Shown here piece by piece: positions 1-13,586 of a stretch of DNA of 64,000 bases. The DNA is taken from the NCBI RefSeq assembly GCF_009914755.1, contig NC_060928.1; one strand, written 5' to 3'. The notes under the pieces were generated by a model. That model did not search any database and was not told the DNA's origin. It saw nothing but the letters and a program-made list of their open reading frames with translations. Made by a program: the position numbers and the translations under genes. Within the stretch, counting starts at the first letter, position 1. Each line of letters starts with the position of its first letter. The stretch is from the human T2T-CHM13v2.0 reference genome, Homo sapiens.

Positions 1-197
1 GAATCAGGACTCAAACTCAATGTGTCTGATGCCAGATCCTGGCTCTTAATATGCTACTGTGTATTTTGTATGAGCAGGAGCTCTCAAGATTAATTGAGGG
101 CAACTAGCACACAGGCAAACTACCTCACTAATAACAAGTGACACGTGCTTTGCTGGCCCAGGAAAGAGAGTGACTCTCTGTCAGAGTTTGTGGAGGT

Positions 198-810
198 ATA
201 CTTATTTTCTATTGCTTCATAGTAGATTATCACAAATGTAGCAGCTTAAATCCACACCATTTATTATCTTACAGTTCTACGGGTCAGAGGTCTAGGCAGA
301 TCTCAACTGTGTTCTCTGCTCAGGAGTAGGCACTCAAGGTGTTATATGGGCCACATTCTATCTGGAGGTCCTGGGGAAGAGCTTGTTTACCAGCTCATTC
401 TGTCATTGGAAGAATACAGTTCCTTGCAGCTGTACGACTGAGGTCCGTGTCTTCTTGCTAACTTTTGGTTGAAAGTCACCATCAGTTCCTAGGGGCCACC
501 CATCTTTTCCTACCATACAGACCCCACCATCATCACAGCCAGCAATGGAGAATCTCCTTTTTGTCCAATTCTTCTCACATTTCAAATATCTTTCCAGGAA
601 GATTCTAATATATCTTCGAAGGGCTCGCCTGATTAGGTTAAGTTCACCAAGGATAACTGCCTTCTCTTGAGGGAGAATCTGGGACCTTAATGACATCTGC
701 AAAATTTCTTTGCAGCAGCACCTGTGTTAGTACCTGATTGAATAACTGGGAGAAAGTGAATATACACCAAAAACCAGGAATCTTGGGGACCATCTTACTA
801 GTCTGCCTCT
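198..810 (-). mobile_element. MLT1 (D/E/F-like) MaLR solo LTR
   Basis: Begins like the MLT1 antisense end (ctattgct...atttattatcttacagttct) and ends ggggaccatcttactagtctgcct. Confidence 0.75.
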
Positions 811-2636
811 GTGGGGCAATATATTCATTTTATGAGAATCAAATTTCTATTTACCTATTGAAATCTTTCTTCCCAGGCATCTCTCCTGTGCCTCATTATC
901 CCTCCCTGACAGGAGCTACAATTTCTCTTAATGCTGGGTGGAGGGATCCAGATGTTGCAAATGCAAAGCTTTCCTGCCATCAGAGTCTGCCGTCAGACAA
1001 TACCAGAAATCAGTGTTTCCTTCTGAGAGGTAGACAAGAGTACATAAAGAAGTGACCAGATTTTGATGGTCTGAAATACTGTTCACAAATATAATAAGTG
1101 AAGGAAATACGGGTGTCTAGCCTTGGGAAAAAAGGCTGAGTGGAGACATTAGGAGACATCTCTGAAAAATTGAAAGGCAAGAAAACCAATCACAGAAGCA
1201 TTTGTTTCCTCACAAATGCATTCTGTTGGTGCATGGTCTTCTTCCCACAAGAAGGAACACGCCTCCTAAACTTATGAAAGCAAAATAGAAAGTGCTAAAT
1301 TGTATTACATCACCTTTATTGCCATTCATCCTAGTATAGCTCTAGAACTGAGTTTTGCTCTTCACGAAGAATAGCTCTAATGGGTGTCTACTTCTCCCAT
1401 TCACAAGAAGCAAGTCTTCGATCTATCATTAAAGAAAAATTCCAGGGATATTCCCAGCGTATTTATTTCATATGATATTTACAACATTAATAGGTAGCTC
1501 AAATAAAATGGAGCTTGTAAATGGTAATTAATAAATTTAATCACTTTGAACTATTACATCAGTTTCAGAGGCAAACCAGCTTCTGAGCTTCTCCATTATT
1601 TTCACTTATCCCTTTGGTCATTTTCACATTTATATAGCTTTGACGAGTTAAGTGATCTTGCATTTTTAACACAGCCACCGTGGCTTTTCTGACTCTTATT
1701 AAACTGAATGGTAGGCGACTTCAAAAATATACTGAAACCAACTTCATTTAGACGAGAATTGATTGTTTAAAAAATGCAGATCATACACAGCCACCTGGAA
1801 GAAAATACTCACACAGAAATTTCCAAGAAGAAACTAAAACCAATGAAAAATTGATGCTTTCCAATGAGGTAGGAATTCTAATTTAATGTGTATACCTAGA
1901 TCTGATTCTCTTGGCATCACATGCTAATTTGGTTATATATTTGTTCAATCAATTTAGAGACACGGATAAATAAAAAGTCAGTTCATTTAATTTGTAAAAG
2001 ATCAAAGCGATAGATCCTTAGCAGCAACATAACAATTCTACCTTGAACTAGTTACAGTTTCATGAATGAGCCAGATCCACATTTTTATTTGTTTGTTTTT
2101 AAGATACAAAGCAGAGAAGTAGAAATATCTTCTCTGGGAAGACTCAGGTAACACCCAAGAGACCCGTATCATGAGTTGGTATCTACCATGTTTGGAGAAA
2201 GAATAAATGTTTAACCTGAGTGTCTAGTTTTTCATTCCCCTATAAGCGTAGACTAAGATGAAGTTTCAAGTATAAGTTATTGATGTGGAAATTGAAGTAA
2301 CCCCAGGTAGGTGAATGGAGATATAAGAAATAAAAGGAACATCAATTCAAGAAGAACATGATGCAACCACAAATAATGAACATTACATAACAAAAAGGAC
2401 GTAAATTAAATTAGATAAATATCAATACAAACACAGTTATGAATGCACATGAGGAACAGCACGAGAAAATAAAAACACCTAATTAGTGAACAGGGATGTA
2501 GTGAAATGAGAGAATTGTTTCTTTGCACTAAATTTCTATTCACAACATACATAATAGTAAAAGTAAAAAAAACAAAAAACGGAAGAGAAAGCAACATTTC
2601 AGGGTGCACTGTCAGAGTAGCTTTGCCATTGACAAC

Positions 2637-3186
2637 TGCAATGGTTAATATTGAGTGTCAATATAGTTGGAGTGAAGGATACAAAGTATTGTTCCTGGGT
2701 GTGTCTGTGAGGGTGTTGCCAATATATATTAACATTTGAGTCAGTGGACTGGGAGAGACAGACCCACCCTCAATCTGAGGGGGTACCATCTAATCAGCTG
2801 CCAGCACAGCTAGGATAAAAGCAGGCACAGGAACCTGGAAGGACCAGACTGGCTGAGTCCTCAGGCCTACATCTTTCTCCCATGCTGGATGCTTCCTGCC
2901 CTCAAACATTGGACTCCAAGTTCTTCAGCTTTTGGACTATTTGACCTACACCAACCAATGATTTGCCAGGGACTCATGGATCTTCGACCACAGACTGACG
3001 GCTGCACTGCTGGCTTCCCTACTTTTGAGGTTTGGGGACTCGGACTGGCTTCCTTGCTCCTCAGCTTGCAGACGGCCTACTGTGGGACTTTATCTTGTGA
3101 TCATGTGAGTCAATACTCCTTAATAACGTCCCCTTTATATATACATCTATCTTATTAATTCTGCCCCTCTAGACAACACTAATACA
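2637..3186 (+). mobile_element. MLT2A-like ERVL solo LTR
   Basis: tgcaatggttaatattgagtgtcaa...ctaataca; 5-bp TSD acaac/acaat. Confidence 0.9.
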
Positions 3187-4579
3187 ACAATTAACTGCAG
3201 GTCAATTCCATTTGGTAAACTCTGGAAGCTTGTATAGAGCACACATCTCTATTCTATTTGAGGGTCAAGGAAACTGTGATATTTATAGATTAACTCACAT
3301 TCAAGTATGGTTGAGGGCTGCCCCATGAGGTGTGAAGTGTTAACCTCCCATATGTTCCAGAAGCCGAAAGAAACACTCTGGAAAAAAAAATGCAAGGGTT
3401 TGAATTTGGAGATCAGGCAGGTGTTCTTGCTGAAGTGGTAAGGGAACTGTAATATAGCCAGGGTACCAAAAGCACAGCCAGAGAGTGAGTTCAACACAAC
3501 ATCTTTTTAGAGTGAAAATAATTATGTGCTTGGAAAATATGTCCAGGGTATTAACAGGAGACTTACCTAAGAACTCAGACTCAAAACAGGAAAGGAGAGA
3601 ATTGTAACTGAAACCAGAATGGAGAACTGAAGGCTTTTGCCTATGGTCATCTGAATGTCTTTCTGAACATCTGAGCAAGTATAGCTGACATAGCAAAATA
3701 ACAAAAGAAAAGGTAAATGGAACCATTTCACGCTTCAGTTTGATTCCCCTCTAATCAGGTCATTCCACATTCCTGGAATGTAAGACTTCCCAGTATCTGC
3801 TTTTGAATGACATACCCAAGAGTAAACTTTTTACCATCACTTTCCCAGATCTCATGCACACTCTGAATTTTTTTCTCTCTCCATGATCAAAACACACTCC
3901 ACTTGCTCTTCTTACTGTCACAGAGTATTGTGGTTGCATGTCTATCTCTTTGTATCCTGGGACAGTGTGTGAGGTCCACAGTGGCTGGAATGTTTACATG
4001 CATCCTTCAGCCACACATTGCCTAGTACTCAGGCACTATGTGTCAGAATCTCCTTTGCTTTCCAGTGGGGCTAGAATACAGACAAGCTGAGCAACAGGTC
4101 TGCCAATGGCCCTCAGCCAAAGAATAGGGGTGAGTCCCACCTCATCTGAGGCCAGGGCATATTGAATGAATGGACAAATATTAAGCATATACCTATAAAA
4201 CTCCAAAGGTAGAGCCATAGCCAGATGCTCAGATGAGGGTGATGTATTTTTCTATTCATTGAGCAAATATTATTGCAAGCCTTCTCTGATCTCATCAAGC
4301 ACTGGCAATCTAGAGTGTAAAAAAAATCTTGAGGGAGACATTCAAATATAAAGTAAAATTTAAAAAAAGTAATAGAGACCACAATAAGAGTGAGTACCTG
4401 TAGAACAGAGTACATTACAAGCATCATAGGAGCTCTGAGTCTCTATGCACTTAGTGGCTGCTTCCACATTCTAGTCGAATGCAGTGAGCACTGTGCAGCT
4501 CTTCCTTGAGAAAGGTGAACCCCCACCCTAAACTTAAACATGTGCATAAGTATTGAGTATCAGAAACCTAATATTAGCC

Positions 4580-4665
4580 AAATATGGCCAAATATTCAAG
4601 TATAACTAATTATGTAACTAAATAAATATGGCTAAATATTCAAGTGCAACTAAACGTAACTAAAT
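4580..4665. repeat. Two-copy ~44-bp tandem duplication
   Basis: aaatatggccaaatattcaagtataactaa... repeated at 4624 as aaatatggctaaatattcaagtgcaactaa... Confidence 0.8.
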
Positions 4666-4950
4666 TATGCAAGCAAAAAAAAAATCAAAAAGTTTTTCCC
4701 CTATTCCTTCACTTCTCTACATACCCCCACCCTGCAACGAATTCTTTATCCTTTGTGTTTAGAGCTAGGTTCTGACATTATCATCTCAAAGATGGATAGC
4801 CTAACAAAATCCCAGTCTTTGAATAATGATTTTCTTTTGGAATAATTCTACTACTTATGTATTTTTCTGATCTATAACGTTTTATGTACCTGTGAGGAGA
4901 TTCTAATTTCCCTGAAAAGTGAAATCTGGAAATCTGGATGGTCTGAGGTC

Positions 4951-5770
<820 letters not shown>

Positions 5771-5899
5771 TTACATAACACAGAAGCACAATTTCCAGTT
5801 AAAAGATAACAGAGTAAAAGCATGTTACTCTACTGTTCTGTCTTGAACCAAATAGAGGAAGGAGGAATGCCAAATAACTCAGCATGCAACATGCCATAA

Positions 5900-6810
5900 A
5901 AAGAAAACAAATCACCAAGTAATAAATGGGTAAATGATGTAAACAGATACCTCAGCAAGGGAGGCATATGGAAGGCAAAAAAGTACATGAAAATATGTCC
6001 AACATATTTCCCTTAGTCATAAGGGAAGTGCCAACTAAAACCACACTGAGATACCACTAGAATGTATTAGAATGGCAAAACAGAACAAAAAGAAATAGAA
6101 ACCTGACAGTACCTGGTGATGGCAATGATAAAGATCAATTAGAACTCTCACACATCGCTGATGCAAACGCAAAATGGAACTCCTTTGGAAGCTAGTTTGG
6201 CAGTTTCTTCTGATGTTAAACATACACTTTTCACGTAACCCAGTAATTACACTCCCAAATGGAATTTAAACAAAGTAAAAACTTAAATTTATATAAAAAC
6301 TTGAACATGAATGTTTATAGAAGATTTATTCACAATCATCAAAAGCTCGACAAATTCAATGTCTCGCTTCTTGACAATGGATTAAAAAACTGTGGTATAC
6401 ACATGCAGTGAAATAAATGAAAGCGAATTACTGATATACATACAACTAAAAATAAATATCAAATTCACTGTGCTAGATTAAAGAAGCAGGCTTCAAAATG
6501 CTAGATAGTATATGGTTTGTGTTATATGACATTGTGAAAATGGTAAAACCATCGTAACAGAGACTAGATCAGTTATTGACAGCAGCTCTACATTGGGAGG
6601 GTTTAACAAGAAGGGAGGAATAAGCATTGGGTGTGTGTGTGTGTGTATGTGTGTGTGTGTATGTGTGTGATTGAACTGTTCCATATCTTGATTTTGGTGG
6701 TGATTACATTCCCACATGTGCTTGACACAACTCAGAACTGTAAACTACACTGGCTAAATCGTACTCTATGTGCATTATACATTAAGTTAAAATGTAAAGT
6801 AAAATAAAAG
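5900..6810 (+). mobile_element. L1M (MC/MD-like) 3' end
   Basis: ORF2 C-terminus and 3'UTR motifs (aaaaccacactgagataccact, aaactgtggtatacacatgcagtgaaat); contains (TG)n 6630-6669. Confidence 0.8.
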
Positions 6811-6986
6811 TGAGTCATCTTAGACACAAATCTTAGAGTAAAGGTGTCACAATAAAACCCAAAATCTCTTAACTGGTTAAGCGCATCATGCCAAAAATTT
6901 AGATTAAGAATATACTGACCCACTAAATTTTTATATTAAATAAAAACTATTCAGTGCAATAGTCATATTAAGAATATAGTTTTCTT

Positions 6987-7363
6987 CCTGTGTCCATGTG
7001 TTCTCATTGTCCAATTCCCACCTATGTGTGAGAAAATGCGGTATTTGGTTTTTTCTCCTTGCGATAGTTTGCTGAGAATGATGGTTTCCAGCTTTATCCA
7101 CGTCCCTACAAAGGACATGAACTCATCATTTTTTATGGCTGCATAGTATTCCATGGTGTATATGTGCCACATTTTCTTAATCCAGTCTATCATTGTTGTG
7201 GGGTCGGGGGAAGGGTGAGGGATAGCATTTGGAGATATACCTAATGTTAAATGACGAGTTTCTGGGTTCAGCACACCAACATGGCACATGTTTACATATG
7301 TAACTAACCTGCATGTTGTGCACATGTATCCTAAAACTTAAAGTATAATAATAAAAAAAAAAA
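6987..7363 (+). mobile_element. Short L1PA (PA3-5-like) with 5' inversion (twin priming)
   Basis: Antisense segment 6987-~7198 joined to sense 3'UTR plus polyA; perfect 17-bp TSD aagaatatagttttctt at 6970-6986 and 7364-7380. Confidence 0.95.
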
Positions 7364-8379
7364 AAGAATATAGTTTTCTTACGGAAACCATGGCATCAGT
7401 TGGTTAGGGGGTGGGAGGGAGTAGGAGGAGGAGAAGGAGAGAGAGAACACACTGGTGACAGATAAATCACTGAAATATAGCACAGCAAGAAATTTTTTCT
7501 TCAACAGAGAAATCCAGTAATGGTTACTGGAACATGGAACTTACTGGAATCAATCAAACACATAATAATCCCACTGATTTTTTAAAGAAACTTGAACTGT
7601 TAAAACTCATCCACCCTACCCTAAAAATTATTTTCAAAAAATTCTTAAGAGTCAACAATTCTTTGAGTGGGAAGTAAACAGTAAAAAATTAGTACAGTTC
7701 AAGGAGGATATATTCCCTTACACTCTCTTAGAATGTAGTAAAGAAGGATAGTGGGATGCAAAGACACACCAATAAGATGGAGTTAAGGAGCATGGAGTCC
7801 CATAGGTAAAGATCTTTCTAAAGGGTATAATCATAATATAATTAAGCAATAAGTTCATACCTAGGTAAAGGGAGCATGCAGTGTCTGACCAGTGGTATGT
7901 AAGAATTGCTAAGGACCAGTGAGAAGCTGTTCTCTCATTTTTATCTTTCTAAATGGGAGTATTTACCATAGTTACCCATGATGGTTAATTTATGTGTCAA
8001 CTTGCCTGGGCTAAGGGATACCCAGATAGCTGACAAAACATTTCTGGTTGTTACTGTGATGCTATTTCTGGAAGAGATTAGCATTTAAATCAATACATTG
8101 ATTAAGAAGATTGCCCTCACCAGTGAGGGTGGCCATCGTAAAATTCACTGAGGTCCTAAATAGAACAAATAGGTGGAGGAGGGGAAAACTGGTTTCCTGT
8201 TTGACCTCTGATACTCATTTTCTCTTGCTCTCAGACATTGGTGATCCTTGTTCTTGGGCAGTCAGGCTCATACCTGCCATCTACCACCTGAGGTAATCCC
8301 CACCAGCTTTCTGGGTTCCTCAGTTGGTAGGTGGCAGATCATATAACTTCTCTGCCTCAGTAATCATGTGGGCCAATTC

Positions 8380-8400
8380 CTCTCTCTCCTTCTCTCTCTT

Positions 8401-8444
<44 letters not shown>
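8380..8444. repeat. (TC)n(CA)n compound microsatellite
   Basis: Direct reading. Confidence 0.95.
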
Positions 8445-8448
<4 letters not shown>

Positions 8449-8803
8449 GAACCTGACTTATGATGGTTCAACTTATAATTTTTCAACTTCATGAAGATAT
8501 GAAAGCAATACCCATTCAATAGAAACTATACTTGAGCACTCATACAATAATTCTGTTCTTCACTTTTAGTATAATAGTCAATAGATTACATGAAGCATTA
8601 AATATTTTATTATATGTTAAACTTTGTGTTAGATGATTTTGCCCCACTGAAGGCTAATGTAAGTGTTCTGAGAATGTTTAGAAAAGGTTAACCTGAATAA
8701 TGTTTAGTAGATTAGGTGTATTAAATGCATTTTGATTTATGATATTTTCAACTTACAATGAGTTATTAAGACTGAAACCAATTGGAAATAGACGAGTACC
8801 TAT
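8445..8803 (-). mobile_element. MER47A (TcMar-Tigger) non-autonomous DNA transposon
   Basis: gacttatgatggttcaactta...ttaggtgtattaaatgcattttgatttatgatattttcaacttacaatg matches MER47A antisense. Confidence 0.8.
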
Positions 8804-8805
8804 CC

Positions 8806-8816
8806 GTCTATCTATG

Positions 8817-8907
<91 letters not shown>

Positions 8908-8914
8908 ATCTATC
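8806..8914. repeat. (TCTA)n tetranucleotide STR with interruptions
   Basis: Direct reading. Confidence 0.97.
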
Positions 8915-8960
8915 TGATCTCTTATTGGTTCTATTTCTCTGGAGAACCATAACCAACATA

Positions 8961-9580
8961 TTATTCTTTCTCTGTTCTTTATTAGATGTCTGTAAGTGAC
9001 AATTAGGCTTCTTGTTCATAGCTGTCTAGACCGAGTGAAAGAAGTATGGACTTACAGTGAGTATTGTGCAGTATCTGGAGATTCCAGACTTTGAGCATAA
9101 TGAGCTTCCTGGCTCAATCTTGGAACCTGAATTGCCTACCTTGGGAAAGCCATGACTATGTTCTACATGTTAGAAGAAGGGAGCAAAGGACTGTTTGATC
9201 AGGAGAGCAATCTTGGGCAGAGATATAATCAGAAAGACACATTCTATATACTTACCCATATTTTCTAACCTCTTCACAGTTAGGATCATGTGACTACATG
9301 TTATCAGTGGACTGTAAACAGTAGTGAGAATATAATTTTTTTGTTAAAAGTGTATAAGAGCTGTCTGCTTAATCATATGGCTATTTCTTCCTCTGTTGTG
9401 GAGACCTAGATGTTCTTGCATTCCAGTTGATGAAACTGCAAGGTAATGGAACATATATCAGCTTGGTTCCTAAGTGAATGGAGCAGAATTATCCCCCACC
9501 AATATCGACATGTAATGTAATATATATAACCTTGTTTTTATAGGCCAACGAAGCAATATATAGCTATTCTAAATAAAACA
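8961..9580 (+). mobile_element. Old MLT1 internal 3' end plus MLT1(I/J)-like LTR
   Basis: Degenerate MaLR motifs (cagttaggatcatgtgacta, cagcttggttcctaagtgaatggagcag); the same internal sequence appears to continue left of the MLT2 at ~7750-7978. Confidence 0.5.
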
Positions 9581-10699
9581 TCTTGCAATCCCAAATATTA
9601 TTATGTCTCAAAGTGGCATAATATTAGGAAATGAATTACAGTTTTTCTGAAAATACAGCTAGACGGAAGATGTATTCTGGCTGGAGAGGCATATTTTATT
9701 CAAAAGTTGTCTTGTATGCAGGACATCTCTGCTTTAAGGTAATTGAGTTGATTACCTCCTCATGGTTTTGGGGTTGCAATCATGACCTTGTACTTTGAAA
9801 ACATTCTGACTGCTGTACTCCACTAGGATATTTCTGTTTACTGAACATCTTTGGATTTTCTTTCCTAGCACTGATTTTGTCACTTAACCATGTAACATCC
9901 TCTAAAGTTCAACTATATTCTGAAAATAAGCATGGTTTATCTTTGTTCTACTGCAATTATAAACTCTTTGAAAAGAGGAATCTTTTTATGACATAGTAGT
10001 TTATTTCAATTTAATCAGATGGAATTAAAGTGGAAATAATTATAAAGAAGATGGTGCTGTGTTGCTTTACAAAAATGAAATAAAAAGTGGCTCTTCAAGA
10101 ATATATTCAACAACAATTTACTGGACACAAAACTTATATTATTCTTTGGGTGCAGGGACTGCTGTTCAATCTGCCCAGAGATTGTGAGCTCTTTCCTAAG
10201 TACATCTGGCTTTAGCTGTTAGATTTGAGATATATTTGCACCAATCAGTTTTCTGAAAAGAAAAACAAAGTCTTTTAGAAATCCCAGTGCTCACCATGTC
10301 AGACCTTTGACTTGATTTAATGTATTCAAGAATACAAAATTATCATCTGCTGTGTAAATATGCTAAGAATCCATGAGATTTTGTGACTCATAATTTGAGT
10401 TGATTAATCTCATGAGCTCTGAGTAAACAGACAGACTTTCCACTGAGAATATAAATTCATTTGGTAAGAATATAAATTAAAAAGACAACCAGTCAAAGGA
10501 GCCATGTTTACTTACAAAACCCAGTAGGTAGATAAAATAAACTATCATTAAATGTGCATTCATTATGTGTCAAAACTGTACTCACATCATAAAAAACAAT
10601 CATTTATTTGTCAAAAAATCCTGCATAGTAAGTGCTATTGTTACATTTGAATCAACTTAACTAAGAGAAATGTGCCTACAATACAGTAGACTCTATTGA

Positions 10700-10804
10700 A
10701 GTTTGGACCATTATAGTCATGTGAGCCAATTCCTTCAAATCTATGTGTATATATGTTTATTCACTCTTTTGTTTCTGTTTCTCTAAAGAACCATGACTAA
10801 TACA
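10700..10804 (+). mobile_element. 3' end of an MLT2-type LTR
   Basis: catgtgagccaattcc...ttctgtttctctaaagaaccatgactaataca. Confidence 0.7.
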
Positions 10805-11105
10805 GATTTTTGTATTGAGAAGTGGGATACTGCTATAACAAATACCTAAAAATATGAAAGGGGCTTTGTAACTTTTTAATGGGAAGAAGGTGAAAGAGTT
10901 TTAAGATGTATGCTAGAAAAACATCTAGATTGTCTGGAAGAAATTGTGAAAAGGAATATGAACGTCAAAGGCGATTCTATTGAAATCTCAGATGGAAATG
11001 AAGAAAATGTATCAAAAGCTAGACACAAAGTGATTCTTGTTATAAGGTGACAAACAACTTGGCCAAATTGTATTCTAGTGTATTGTAGACAGTAGACATT
11101 ATGAC

Positions 11106-11505
11106 TGTTTGCCCATTTGCATTTCTATAAAGGAACCTAAGCCTGGGTAATTTGTAAAGAAAAGAGGTTTATTATCGGTCATGGTTCTGCAGGCTGTGCA
11201 GGAAACATGGCTCCAGCATATGCTCCTGGTGAGGTCTCAAAAAGCTTCCAATCATGGTGGAAGACAAGAGGGAGCAAGCATGTCACATGGTGAGAGAGGG
11301 AGCAAGGGTGGGGGAAATATCAGGCTTTTTTGAACAACCAGATCTTGCATGAACTAACAGTGAGAACTCACTTATTACCATGGGCAGGACCATGGTAATA
11401 AGGGTGATTGAGCCCCATGACTCAAATACCCTTCAGCAGACCCCACTTCTGACATTAAGGATTATATTTCAACATGAGATTTGGAACCACAATCAAACCA
11501 CATCA
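11106..11505 (-). mobile_element. MSTB-like MaLR solo LTR
   Basis: ctgggtaatttgtaaagaaaagaggtttatt...tttcaacatgagatttgg; TSD atgac/gtgac. Confidence 0.9.
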
Positions 11506-11934
11506 GTGACAAACTTGGATATTTAGGTGAGGAGATTTCTAAGCAAAATGCTGAAGGCATGACTTGGTTTCTCTTTGCTGCTTATAGTAAAATGCAGGAG
11601 GAGTGAGATAAATTGAAAGTAAATCATTAAGAAGAAAAGAACCAAAATTTGGACATTTGGAAAACTCTCTCATCCCATACTTTTAAAAATGAACAAGTAT
11701 GTTTGGGAGAGAATACCAAGGGTGTGGCTGGACAATTGCTCCATGAAACAATGACCGGTGTCACTCACAGGTCTAATTAGCCATTTCAGCAGAAGTCAAG
11801 GCTATAAATGAAGATAGCTTTACCAGAAGAAACACTGCTGGCCTGGGCTAATGGGAAAACAGATGGTAAAAATAAAGTAAGGATATAGGAGTTCTGGGAT
11901 TCTATAGGATAAGACAATAGAGGTACTCAGCTGC

Positions 11935-11968
11935 AAAAAATAAATAAATAAATAAATAAATAAATAAA
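11935..11968. repeat. (AAAT)n
   Basis: Direct reading. Confidence 0.9.
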
Positions 11969-11989
11969 GTTATTCTTTAAGGAAATGGA

Positions 11990-13015
11990 AGATCATATGA
12001 AAATTCTACTTGTTTTGTTTTTTTTAAAAAATCTCCATACTCTTTTCCAAAATGGCTGCACTAATTTACATTTCTACAAACAGTGTCCAGGGTTTTCTTT
12101 TCTCCACATCCTCACCCACACTTGTTATCACTCCTCTTTTTGATAATAGTCATTCTAACAGGTGTGAAGTGATATCTTACTATGGTTTTAATTTACATTT
12201 CCCTGATAATTTAAAATGTTGAGCATTGTTTTAAATACCATATCTATTCATATCTCTTATTTTTTAATCAACAGAAAAAATTATATATGTTAATAATATA
12301 CAACATGATATTTTGAAGTATATACACACTGTAGAATGGTGATTATCAGAGGCTAGGGTGGTTGGGGAGTGGAGTTTGGGAGATGTTGGTCATATATCTT
12401 CTTTTGAGAAGTTTCTACTCAGATCCTTTGCCAACTCTTAAATTGCATTATTTATTTTTTTGCTATTAAGTTTCCTGAGTTTCTCACATATTTTGGATAT
12501 TAGCCTCATATCAAGGGATGGTCTGCCAATTTGTGGGTTGTGTCTTCATTCTGTTGTTTTCTTTTAGTGCAGAAGCTTTTTAACTTTCTGCAATCCCATT
12601 TGTTTATTTTTGCTTTTTTGGCTTGTGCTTTTAGAGACCTATCCAAGAAATAGCACATAATACTGTACAGTCTTACTTGTATGTGGAATCTAAAAAATAT
12701 CAGTCTCAGAAACAGAAATTACCAGAGACCAAAGAGGGGCAATGGAGATGTTGATCAATGGGAAACAAGTTTCAGTTAGACTACAGGAATATGTTTTTTG
12801 TGATCTATTGCACTGCATGATGGTCACAGTTAATAATAATGCACTGTATATTTCAAAATTGTGGAAAAATAGATTTCTAGAGTTATCACTAAAAAATAAT
12901 AAATCGGTGATGTAATATATATGTTAATTAGCTTTATCAAATCTTTCTATAACATATACATAGACCAAAACATCACATTATGCACTGCAAATATACACAA
13001 TTATTTGCCAATTAA
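11990..13015 (+). mobile_element. L1MA 3' fragment with 5' inversion (antisense ~11990-12650, sense ~12652-13015)
   Basis: Antisense ORF2 end followed by sense L1MA 3'UTR ending caaaacatcacattatgcactgcaaatatacacaattatttgccaatt. Confidence 0.8.
12259..12389 (-). mobile_element. ~130-bp twin-primed L1MA 3' fragment nested in L1MA
   Basis: Antisense 3' end joined to sense 3'UTR at tagaatgg; TSD tcatatctctt/tcatatatctt. Confidence 0.7.
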
Positions 13016-13586
13016 TGAATGATCCCAAAGGTGGAGCTGTCTTTGCCTGAATCAGAGGGTGGGCCCATCTCAGTTTCTGCAGGCCAGGCTGCTGACACCT
13101 TGGGATAGAGTTTCTACCCAGGGTTATAGGGACAGGACTGTCACACAGGGTGAAGGGGGCAACAATGCCACACCTGTGAACCTGGAAGGTGAGGCTGCCT
13201 TCCTGATGCACCCAGAGGACAGAGCTACTAAGCCAAAAATCATTACTCTCAAGCATTAAAATCGAATGGATCTGCCCTGATGGGTTTTGGACTGGCTTGA
13301 AAATCATGATTCCCTTTATGACTTTTCCCTTTATAAATGGAAATGCTTCTCCTATGCCAGTCCAACCGTTGTCTTTTGGAAACAGACAACTAGACTGATT
13401 TCATAGGTTTACAGATGGAAACTTTGCCTCAGTATGAATAGCATCTCATCCACACTTTAGGTAATATTAATAGAGATTTTGGACTTAAGATTATTGCAAT
13501 GGGTTAAGACTCTTGGACTGTTGGGATGAGGTTGAATGTATTATGCTTGTGAGAGGAACAGAAATATAGAGGTCTAGAGGGTGAAA

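Larger units (their letters stand above)
7979..8960 (+). mobile_element. MLT2 (B/C/D-like) LTR interrupted by MER47A and microsatellites
   Basis: tgatggttaatttatgtgtcaacttg start; ttggttctatttctctggagaacc end. Confidence 0.85.
10805..13586 (+). mobile_element. MLT1(A/B)-int MaLR internal sequence, interrupted by MSTB and L1MA
   Basis: Starts gatttttgtattgagaagtgggatactgctataacaaatacctaaaaat; ends in purine-rich PPT-like region before the LTR. Confidence 0.8.

Noticed and set aside
3900-4400. L2 fragments (also ~29400-29720 and ~56390-56570)
   Set aside because: Only short degenerate motifs; boundaries cannot be supported without an HMM search.
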